From the NCBI GenBank assembly GCA_963845245.1, contig CAWJRJ010000012.1, forward strand, positions 1 to 64,000: 64,000 nucleotides of DNA, read 5' to 3'. The position numbers and the translations under genes are program-made. This document shows, piece after piece, positions 9,890-17,833 of the stretch; position 1 is the stretch's first letter, and every line of letters starts with the position of its first letter. The notes beneath the pieces were generated by a model. That model had not been told where the DNA came from. It did no database searches and was given only the letters and a program-made list of their open reading frames with translations. Source of the DNA: Nitrospirota bacterium (lineage in GTDB: Bacteria; Nitrospirota; JACRHJ01).

Positions 9890-10198
9890 TCAGCGTCTGA
9901 TTGCCGCTACCTCTGTCTTTACGTCTTTTTTTGCAAGATATACCAGAAAGCCGGCGGTCTTTCCCGCGGCATACCCGGTCAACACAAATGCCATGCAGGA
10001 GACCAGGATGCCAACTACCATCCCTGCCGCGGACAACGCCCTGCTTGGCAGGCCGTACCCGAAAAGCCCGATCCCGGCGTCCTGGCCGGCAGCGCCGCCT
10101 ACCAGTGCGCCGTAAAGCATCCCGTATAGTAAAAAGGCCAGAAATCCTACTGCTACCCCGGCTATGCTCAGCCTGTCTATGTGATGTCTGCCTTCCAT
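9890..10198 (-). CDS. Small Gly-rich membrane protein (paralog 1 of 3)
   Basis: ATG at 10198 after AGGAGG; 102 aa MEGRHHIDR...; shares the G-L-G-L-GG--G and SR--AA-M--G pattern. Confidence 0.82.
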   Translation of the reverse strand: MEGRHHIDRLSIAGVAVGFLAFLLYGMLYGALVGGAAGQDAGIGLFGYGLPSRALSAAGMVVGILVSCMAFVLTGYAAGKTAGFLVYLAKKDVKTEVAAIRR

Positions 10199-10237
10199 AA
10201 CCCACCTCCTTCGTAGCTGCCTTTGCCTATTTATAAG

Positions 10238-10253
10238 AGCAAGGAGCGTGCCA
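10238..10253 (-). promoter_or_regulatory. Sigma54 (-24/-12) promoter
   Basis: TGGCACGCTCCTTGCT matches TGGCACG-N4-TTGC(T/A), about 40 bp upstream of the ATG at 10198. Confidence 0.9.
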
Positions 10254-10292
10254 GATGGCGGGTATAGGGTGGCAACTGTATAGATAAAAATA

Positions 10293-10305
10293 TAACGTTT
10301 TGATT
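10293..10305 (-). promoter_or_regulatory. IHF binding site
   Basis: AATCAAAACGTTA fits WATCAANNNNTTR and lies between the sigma54 promoter and the putative enhancer. Confidence 0.65.
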
Positions 10306-10393
10306 TATAAGGGTAATATCGCGGCTGATTTTTGGCTTGATATAGATTGGTTGTTGTACAGCGGCTGTTTCGGCAGGCGGGTTGGGAGCTGAG

Positions 10394-10441
10394 TTTGCAG
10401 GATTGCAAAACGGGCCGTCCAGGTTTTCGCAAACCTGTAAC
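10394..10441. promoter_or_regulatory. Putative upstream activator sites for an enhancer-binding protein
   Basis: Perfect TTTGCA-N4-TGCAAA (10394-10409) and degenerate TTCGCA-N4-TGTAAC (10426-10441), centres 32 bp apart. Confidence 0.6.
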
Positions 10442-10457
10442 TTACTGAAACCGATTA

Positions 10458-11345
10458 TTATTTAGTAAAGTACTTCAGCGGGTCCCTGTATGGGTGGCAG
10501 GACGAGCAGGTCTTTTTCGGGTCTTCCACCTTCCAGGAGTGCGCGCTGTGGCAGCCCTTGCACGGGACGGAGTGGGATTTGTGGCCCTGGTCCGTTATAT
10601 CCTTCATGTGGCAGCGTATGCATAGTGAATCCGGCGGTTTGAGTGCGCCATGCGGGTTGTGGCAGTCAAAGCATTCCAGCGCCGCCATGGGTGCGGTCTG
10701 CGGGAACGGCGTATTGCGGTGGCAGTTGAGGCACCTCTGTCTGGTCGGGAATATCCGGCCCTTCTCCGCCCCTTCCCTCATGGTAAACAGGTGGCAGCTT
10801 ATGCATGAGACGTCCTCCATGCTCTGGCCGTGGACGCGCTTGTTCCTGTGGCACCTCTGGCAGGCCTCGGCACTGGCCGGGAAGTTGTGTTCCACAAAGG
10901 GGTGGCAGTTGAAGCATTCGAGAAAGCTGTGCCTATAGTGGCCGTAGGTCTGCTCGGGCTTGTCTTTGCCCTGGCTTCCCTGCTCCCAGTGGCAGCCCGC
11001 GCAGCTCTCCCAGGGAAGCTTTTTGCCGTGCTTCTGAGGCACCTTCTCCGCCCCGTAGATTATATGCTTTACAAGCAGGGTGTCCTGTTCGATTACGGAG
11101 AGCTTGTGGCATTCCTGGCAGGCGACAGACTTGTGGTCGCTCTGCCTCCAGCCGGCAAAAGTCTTCTCCATCAGGTGGCAGCTGTTGCAGTATTCGGGGT
11201 TGTTGCGAATGTAAAGGGTGTACTTTATGCCGATGAGCAGCCCCGCGCCCGATATGATGGCGAGCAGTATGAACAGGGCGGCGAAATGCCTGGGCCCGTA
11301 CAGCACCCGAACTTTTTCGTATATCTTCTCTAGGAGGTGAAGCAT
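10458..11345 (-). CDS. Membrane-anchored multiheme cytochrome c (11 CxxCH; NapC/NirT-like N-terminus)
   Basis: 11 CxxCH counted; TM helix then YCNSCH-M..W--S-H--V-C--CH; start taken as MLHLLEK (uncertain). Confidence 0.88.
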   Translation of the reverse strand: MLHLLEKIYEKVRVLYGPRHFAALFILLAIISGAGLLIGIKYTLYIRNNPEYCNSCHLMEKTFAGWRQSDHKSVACQECHKLSVIEQDTLLVKHIIYGAEKVPQKHGKKLPWESCAGCHWEQGSQGKDKPEQTYGHYRHSFLECFNCHPFVEHNFPASAEACQRCHRNKRVHGQSMEDVSCISCHLFTMREGAEKGRIFPTRQRCLNCHRNTPFPQTAPMAALECFDCHNPHGALKPPDSLCIRCHMKDITDQGHKSHSVPCKGCHSAHSWKVEDPKKTCSSCHPYRDPLKYFTK

Positions 11346-11462
11346 TCTTTTTTTCCGGGTCCCTGGTTGTTCTAATTCTATGTAACGGCAGGGGCCTATG
11401 TCAACCTGAAACTTTAGACATAATATATTGACACCTCTTCGGCTTTTGGCGATAATGTCCGC

Positions 11463-12269
11463 ATGCAGACACTCCTGAGCGTAAAGGGCCTCAAAAAACA
11501 GTTCACGGTCACCCACGGCATATTCGGCACCAAGAGCGTCGTGAAGGCCGTGGACGGCATAGACTTCGAGGTGGGGAAGGGCGAGGTCCTTGGCCTTGTG
11601 GGCGAGTCCGGCTCCGGCAAGTCCACCGCAGGCCGCTGCGTCCTTAGGCTTATCGAGCCCACCGAAGGCGAGATAAACTTCGACGGCATGGACGTGGTGA
11701 AGGCGGGCCGCGAGGAGCTTCGCGCTCTCCGGCGCAGGATGCAGATAATATTCCAGGACCCGTTCGCCTCGTTAAACCCGCGCATGCGTGTGGTGGACAC
11801 CGTCGGAGAGCCGCTCAAGGTGAACGGGATAGCCACGGGAAGCGAGCTTACCGACCGGGTGCGCGGGATACTTGGCCGGGTCGGCATCGGTCCGGAGGCC
11901 ATGTTTAAGTACCCGCACGAGTTCTCGGGCGGCCAGAGGCAGAGGATAGGCATAGCCCGCGCCCTTGCGGTGGGGCCGGAACTCATCGTCGCCGACGAGC
12001 CGATATCCGCGCTGGACGTGTCCATCCAGGCGCAGGTGCTGAACCTCCTGAAGGACCTGCAGGAGGAATACAGCCTCGCGTTTTTGTTTATCGCCCATGA
12101 TTTGAATATCGTACGGTACTTCTGCGACCGGGTTGCGGTGATGAACAAGGGCGTGATCGTCGAGACCGGCACCGCCGAGGAAATCTACAATAACCCGCAG
12201 CACGATTACACGAAGGCGCTCCTGAAGGCCATCCCCGTCCCCGACCCCCGCGTCAAGCGGATGGCATAA
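11463..12269 (+). CDS. Oligo/dipeptide ABC transporter ATP-binding subunit (OppF/DppF-like)
   Basis: GESGSGKS, IFQDPFASLNPR, YPHEFSGGQRQR, ADEPISALDVS. Confidence 0.93.
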   Translation: MQTLLSVKGLKKQFTVTHGIFGTKSVVKAVDGIDFEVGKGEVLGLVGESGSGKSTAGRCVLRLIEPTEGEINFDGMDVVKAGREELRALRRRMQIIFQDPFASLNPRMRVVDTVGEPLKVNGIATGSELTDRVRGILGRVGIGPEAMFKYPHEFSGGQRQRIGIARALAVGPELIVADEPISALDVSIQAQVLNLLKDLQEEYSLAFLFIAHDLNIVRYFCDRVAVMNKGVIVETGTAEEIYNNPQHDYTKALLKAIPVPDPRVKRMA

Positions 12270-12353
12270 CACCCCCTATTTCTTGACTTTTGACATCTAA
12301 ATATGGTATAAAGGCAGTTAGGTTTTCGTTTTAAGGATGGGCAGAACAGCATA

Positions 12354-13136
12354 GTGAAAAAGCCAGTCTACATATTTTCCGCAATATTCATTACCCTTCT
12401 GTGCGCCCCTGGCGCGTCCGCCGATATCTTCAAGTACGTTGACGACTGTGGAGTAATACATTTCTCGAACGTCCCCAACAGCTACAGTGAGAAGGTCATA
12501 CGGGAGAAGGGGAGCGAACCGGCGAAGCCGCGCGCTACGAAGTCAGCCAAGGCGTTCAAGCAGGCATCCTCAACCGGGTCGGTGGCAAAGCAGGACAGGG
12601 TAGTCAAGTACACGCAGCCTTCCTCGTGCGAGCCGCTCGAAGGCGTACCTTACGCCGACATAATCAATGCCAAGTGCAGCAAGTACGGCGTGGACCCGTC
12701 TCTGGTCAAGTCGATAATAAAGGCCGAGTCCAACTTCAACCCAAGGGCGGTATCAAACAAGGGCGCTCGCGGGCTGATGCAGCTCATGCCCTCTACCGGC
12801 GCCGACATGGGCGTCAGGGACTTCTACGACCCGGAGCAGAACATAGACGGCGGCGTCCGGTATTTCCGTTTCCTGCTTGACAACTTCAGCGGCGACGTCG
12901 AACTGTCCGTCGCGGCCTACAACTGCGGGCAGGGCAGGGTGATACGAAACGGCAACTGCGTCCCGAACATCGCAGAGACCAAGAACTACGTCAAGAAGGT
13001 CATGAGGATCAGCAACAACCCGGTCACCGGGATGTCGTTCTCCCGCCCGATCTACAAGGTTGAGCTGAAAGACGGCTCGATCCTCTTTACCGAGTCCCCG
13101 GACTCCGGGAGCGGCAAGCTCTCGCTGGTGGACTAA
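12354..13136 (+). CDS. Lytic transglycosylase (SLT domain) with N-terminal signal and DUF4124-like segment
   Basis: IKAESNFNP-AVS-KGARGLMQLMP, AAYN-G, ETKNYV. Confidence 0.92.
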   Translation: MKKPVYIFSAIFITLLCAPGASADIFKYVDDCGVIHFSNVPNSYSEKVIREKGSEPAKPRATKSAKAFKQASSTGSVAKQDRVVKYTQPSSCEPLEGVPYADIINAKCSKYGVDPSLVKSIIKAESNFNPRAVSNKGARGLMQLMPSTGADMGVRDFYDPEQNIDGGVRYFRFLLDNFSGDVELSVAAYNCGQGRVIRNGNCVPNIAETKNYVKKVMRISNNPVTGMSFSRPIYKVELKDGSILFTESPDSGSGKLSLVD

Positions 13137-13263
13137 AACCTCCCCCGAAACAAGTTGACCCCGACTGCCTTTTTGTGCTATTTTTCTACTCTTGAACATA
13201 TTTTTAACCTCGCTTTCTTTTGGACTTTTCTTTCCGTGAAAGAAAAGTACGCTTTGAAAGGTT

Positions 13264-14266
13264 TTGACTTTGCAGATAGGCTCTCCTGAATTCAATGAGA
13301 TAGCGGAGAAGATCGCGCGCCTAAAGAAAGAGCGTAATGCGATAATCCTCGCCCACAACTACCAGCGCGACGAGGTGCAGTACATCGCAGACCGCACCGG
13401 CGACTCGCTTGAGCTGTCCCGCACCGCCGCAGAGACGGACTTCGACGTCATAGTCTTCGCCGGTGTGCATTTCATGGCCGAGTCCGCGTCCATACTCTCG
13501 CCAGACAAGACAGTCCTGCTCACCGAGGCCGGCGCCGGCTGCCCGATGGCCGATATGGTAAGCGTATCCGGGCCGCGCTATTACGGCACCGATTTCCCCG
13601 GCGCCCACCGCGACTTCTGCTACCACTTCCCCGAGGACTTCAACCTCCTGAAGATAAAGCAGCAGTACCCCGGCGTCCCGGTAGTGTCATATGTAAACAC
13701 CACCGCCGAGGTCAAGGCGCACTCAGACATCTGCTGCACCTCCGCGAACGTGATAAAGGTGGTAAACTCTATGGAGTCGGACAGGGTGATATGCGTCCCG
13801 GACCGAAACCTCGCCGCCTGGGCCGCGAAGCACACCGACAAGGAGATAATCGCCTGGGACGGTTTCTGTCACGTCCACCACAGGGTTACTGTCGCGGACG
13901 TCCAAGCGGCGAAGGCAGCACACCCGCAGGCGCTGCTGTATTGCGCACCCGGAATGCCCGATGGAGATACTGGAGCTTGCAGACCACGTCACGTCCACGT
14001 CCGGCATGATACGTTTCTGCAAGGAGTCCGACGCCACTGAGTTCATCGTCGGCACCGAGCTGGGGATAATGTACCGGCTTCGCACGGACAGCCCCGGCAA
14101 GCAGTTCTACCCGCTTAGGAAGGACATGCTCTGCCCCAACATGAAGAAGACCACGCTCAAGAGCGTATTGCGCTCCCTTGAGGAGATGGACTGTGTGGTA
14201 AAGGTGCCGGAGGAGATACGCATCCCGGCAAAGCGCGCACTGGACCGTATGCTTTCAATAAAGTAG
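13264..14266 (+). CDS. nadA: Quinolinate synthase A, apparent +1 frameshift near 13939
   Basis: [30 protein letters not shown]; removing one base restores AHPEC and joins the C-terminal ORF (C-NMKK). Confidence 0.92.
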
Positions 14267-14269
14267 CCT

Positions 14270-15109
14270 ATGCAGGTCACCCCCCACATACACGCCCTCA
14301 AAATCCCGTTCAAGATCCCGGTCAACCCCGGCCAGTCACTGGACCGCTTCGTCTACTGCTTCCTGATATACGGCGAGAGCGTATGCGTCGTGGACAGCGG
14401 GGTCGCGGGCACAGAGAAGGCCATCTTCGATTACCTCGCCCGCACCGGCAGGAAACCCGAAGAGATAGACATCCTGATACTCACCCATTCCCATCCCGAC
14501 CACATCGGCTCGGCCGCGGCCATCAAGGAGGCTTCCGGCTGCACCGTCCTTGCGCACAAGGACGAGGTCAACTGGATCGAGGACATATCGCTTCAGGAGC
14601 GGGAGCGCCCGGTCCCGGGTTTTTCCGCCCTGGTATGGGACCCGGTTTCCGTAGACCACCCCATAGAGGACGGGGCGGTAATCAAGCTTGGCGACGGGCT
14701 TGAGGTCATCGTGCTCCATACACCGGGCCATTCCATGGGCTCGCTCTCGCTGTACATCCCGGCAGATAAGGCGCTTATCTGCGGCGACGCGGTCCCGCTC
14801 GCGGGCGGCCTGCCCATCTACGAAGACCCGAAGGCCTCCGCCGAGTCCGTCAGGAAGCTCCGGGGCATAAGCGGCGTCGATGTCCTGCTCTCATCATGGG
14901 ACGACCCGAGAAAAGGCGAGGAGGTCTACCGCGTCATGGACGAGGGCTCGCTCTACCTCTCGCGCATCGATGAGGTGGTGAAGGCCACAGCCGCGGAAGG
15001 CATTACGGACCCGGTGGGCCTTTGCAGGCGCGTGGTGGCCGAGCTTGGCCTGCCGCCGTTCGCGGTGAACGCGCTGGTCGCTCGTAGCCTGATTGCCAGC
15101 CTGCGTTAA
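14270..15109 (+). CDS. MBL-fold metallo-hydrolase
   Basis: THSHPDHIG, HTPGHS, GD motifs. Confidence 0.9.
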   Translation: MQVTPHIHALKIPFKIPVNPGQSLDRFVYCFLIYGESVCVVDSGVAGTEKAIFDYLARTGRKPEEIDILILTHSHPDHIGSAAAIKEASGCTVLAHKDEVNWIEDISLQERERPVPGFSALVWDPVSVDHPIEDGAVIKLGDGLEVIVLHTPGHSMGSLSLYIPADKALICGDAVPLAGGLPIYEDPKASAESVRKLRGISGVDVLLSSWDDPRKGEEVYRVMDEGSLYLSRIDEVVKATAAEGITDPVGLCRRVVAELGLPPFAVNALVARSLIASLR

Positions 15110-15205
15110 AGATAAAACCGCATATTTATTTAGCCCTGCCTCATTTTAGTCCCTTGACATCCATATCCGCTTATGTCCTAATAAGGTGTTTACCCTAAGA
15201 GAGGA

Positions 15206-15934
15206 TTGACACAAAAGGAGTCTCGTTTGCCCCTTTTCTCCACGCTTTTCTCAAAGACATTCCTGATCCTCGGCTCCCAGCTCCTGATAACCTTCATGGG
15301 CGCGAGGGCCGCTCTGGCCTTTATCCGCTGCATCTACGCCGAGGGTGCGTCCGGTGTCACCGCATCGAGGAGTGACCACGGCGATATAGATATACACATC
15401 GGCTGGGAGTTTGTCGGGCCCTACTTCTTCGGCCTCCTGATACTGGATATATTGCTTTTCCTGTTCCTTATGTTCTACGGGATAGAGGATCTCAGGATAG
15501 GCGTCCCGGTATTCTTAGCGTGGTCCGCCCTTGCTGGTGCACAGGTAGCCCTTGCCCTGATAACTGTGGACGAGAACCTCGGCGCGAGGGTGCTGGCCAT
15601 CACGGTGCTCATCGCTCTTCTGGCGGCGGTTTTCGGGATGTACTCGGGCCTGGACTTCTCGTTAGCGGGGAGGCTTCTCTGCTACGGTCTTACCGGCCTT
15701 ATCATGATCGGGATAGCGCGGCAGTTCGTACACATACGCAGGACCGCCCAGAGGGTTTTCGCGTTGTTCGGCGTTGCGGTATTCAGCGGGTACATGCTTT
15801 TTGATTTCAACCACCTGCACCGTCTCGGCAGGGCGTCTGTCAACGACTGGCATGCCGCGATGTCCGTCTCCATCAGCCTCTACCTGGACGTGATCAACCT
15901 GTTCTTCGACCTGCTGGATAAGCTGTCGAGGTAG
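15206..15934 (+). CDS. Bax inhibitor-1/YccA family membrane protein
   Basis: Multiple TM helices; FSGY-LFDF and A-S-YLD-INLF C-terminal signature. Confidence 0.82.
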   Translation: MTQKESRLPLFSTLFSKTFLILGSQLLITFMGARAALAFIRCIYAEGASGVTASRSDHGDIDIHIGWEFVGPYFFGLLILDILLFLFLMFYGIEDLRIGVPVFLAWSALAGAQVALALITVDENLGARVLAITVLIALLAAVFGMYSGLDFSLAGRLLCYGLTGLIMIGIARQFVHIRRTAQRVFALFGVAVFSGYMLFDFNHLHRLGRASVNDWHAAMSVSISLYLDVINLFFDLLDKLSR

Positions 15935-16044
15935 GGTTTCTTCATAAGCTCCCTCCAAATTTTCCTTGCGTGCCACTTTATTTGTCGCTATAATTAAATT
16001 GCGCGCCATAAAAGACTATATCGTGCCATAAAGGGTCAGTAACC

Positions 16045-17439
16045 ATGCCAAAACAAATTAACCAGAAAGAATTAGAGGCTGTCATACAGGCAGTTGCCGG
16101 ATACCCGGGAGGGGTTGGGCTTGAGGCTCTGCTCGGTGCGGCGGGCTTGGGGCTCAGCAAGCGTACCTTTCAGCGCCGTCTGGCCAGCCTTGTAATATCA
16201 GGACGTCTGGTTACCGAGGGCGAGGGTCGTGCCTTGCGTTACAAGGTTGCGCCTGTTACGGGCGATATGCACGCAATCGAGCCCGTTGAAACAGTGACGT
16301 TTTATGGTGAATCGTATGTGCCAATCTCACCTGAGGGGCAAAAGATAAAGGACTATGTGCGCCAGGCGCCACAACTGCGAAAACCGGTCAGCTACAACCC
16401 GGAGTTTCTGGAAAACTATCGGCCCAACGAAACATACTACCTGCCGGAGGACCTGCGTTCACAGCTTTACCATCTTGGCCTGGTTACTGACAGCGACAAT
16501 AAGGCCGGGACGTTCGCACGCGAGATTCTGAACCGTCTGCTTATAGACCTGTCCTGGGCCTCGTCGCGGCTTGAAGGGAACACATACAGCCGGCTTGACA
16601 CCCAGAAGCTTATAGAATACGGCCAGTCCGCCGAGGGTAAGGACGCCGTCGAGACGCAGATGATCCTGAACCACAAGAACGCCATCGAGATGCTTGTCAA
16701 CGACGCGGACCTTGCCGGGTTCAACACCTTTACGGTACTTAACCTGCATGCGCAGTTGTCCGACGGATTGCTTGCCGACCCAGGGGATTGCGGGAGGCTT
16801 CGCAAGCGCCCGGTGGAAATCGGCGGGAGTGTTTACATCCCGCTTGCAATGCCGCAGCGCATGGATGAATATTTCCGGCTGATGCTTGCAAAGGCTGAGT
16901 CCATTAATGACCCGTTCGAGCAGTCATTTTTCGCCATGGTCCATATATCGTACTTGCAGCCTTTCATGGATGTAAACAAGCGCGTTTCGCGTCTTGCGGC
17001 CAATATACCTCTGATAAAGCGTAACCTGTGTCCGCTTTCATTCATAGATGTACCGGAACGCGCTTACATAGATGGCATACTCGGCATATATGAATTGAAT
17101 CGTGTAGAGCTGCTTCTGGACGTTTTTGTGTGGGCCTATGAGCGGTCATGCCAACAGTATGTCGCGGTGAAACAAAGCCTGGTTCCGCCCGACGCGTTCA
17201 GGCTCAAGTACCGCGCCGCGCTTACGGAGGCAGTACGTTCCCTAATTTTAAATCGCAAAACTCTCACTTCAGACGATGTGCGCGCTTCCATCCCTGCCAC
17301 GGTATTGCAGGAGGACCATGAACGCTTCGCCTTGCTTGTTCTGAAGGAGTTTGAAAGCCTGCATGAGGGGAATATCGCACGTTTCGGCATCAGGCCGTCA
17401 GAATTTGCCGCTTGGCAGGAAGCTACAAGAATAAACTAA
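16045..17439 (+). CDS. Fic-domain protein with N-terminal HTH-like region
   Basis: SWASSRLEGN; Fic-like motif YLQPFMDVNKRVSR. Confidence 0.88.
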   Translation: MPKQINQKELEAVIQAVAGYPGGVGLEALLGAAGLGLSKRTFQRRLASLVISGRLVTEGEGRALRYKVAPVTGDMHAIEPVETVTFYGESYVPISPEGQKIKDYVRQAPQLRKPVSYNPEFLENYRPNETYYLPEDLRSQLYHLGLVTDSDNKAGTFAREILNRLLIDLSWASSRLEGNTYSRLDTQKLIEYGQSAEGKDAVETQMILNHKNAIEMLVNDADLAGFNTFTVLNLHAQLSDGLLADPGDCGRLRKRPVEIGGSVYIPLAMPQRMDEYFRLMLAKAESINDPFEQSFFAMVHISYLQPFMDVNKRVSRLAANIPLIKRNLCPLSFIDVPERAYIDGILGIYELNRVELLLDVFVWAYERSCQQYVAVKQSLVPPDAFRLKYRAALTEAVRSLILNRKTLTSDDVRASIPATVLQEDHERFALLVLKEFESLHEGNIARFGIRPSEFAAWQEATRIN

Positions 17440-17540
17440 CCGTCCGCATCCTCAAGCCCAATAAAAAACAAAAAACTACCATAAGAGCCGGGGTCGGGCG
17501 GGTTTTCGGTTGACTATAGGTATATCTTAGGTATAGTTTT

Positions 17541-17557
17541 GGTATATTATTTATACC
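17541..17557. promoter_or_regulatory. Palindromic operator of the toxin-antitoxin promoter
   Basis: GGTATA-N5-TATACC just downstream of TTGACT-N16-TATAGT (17510-17537). Confidence 0.55.
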
Positions 17558-17563
17558 GTGCAT

Positions 17564-17614
17564 GTGCGGCGGGCAAGGAAAGAGGAGGTCGCTATTTATG
17601 AAGATCAAGGCTAA
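17564..17614 (+). pseudogene. 3' remnant of a BrnT-type toxin gene
   Basis: Reads VRRARKEEVAIYEDQG*, like the BrnT C-terminus, and overlaps the antitoxin start as in intact pairs. Confidence 0.7.
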
Positions 17615-17828
17615 GGAATTCGACAAGAAGTTCGACGAGGGCGTGGATATCACCAAACACCTCGACCTCTCAAAGGCCAAGAGGCCCAACCAGGAACAGA
17701 AGAGGGTGAACGTCGATTTTCCCATCTGGATGATACAGCAGTTGGACAAAGAGGCCAAACGCCTGGGCGTTCCGAGGCAGTCGATTATTAAGATATGGGT
17801 TGCGGAGCGGCTGGAGAAGGCTTCTTGA
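17598..17828 (+). CDS. BrnA-type/CopG ribbon-helix-helix antitoxin
   Basis: MK-KAKEFDKKFDEG-DI--HLDLSKA-R...RVNVDFP-WMI--LD-EA-RLGV-RQSIIK-W; RBS GAGGAGG. Confidence 0.88.
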   Translation: MKIKAKEFDKKFDEGVDITKHLDLSKAKRPNQEQKRVNVDFPIWMIQQLDKEAKRLGVPRQSIIKIWVAERLEKAS

Positions 17829-17833
17829 GCGTG

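Noticed and set aside
9890..10432. 180-aa version of the first small membrane protein
   Set aside because: The extension runs through the sigma54 promoter and enhancer region; the RBS supports the ATG at 10198
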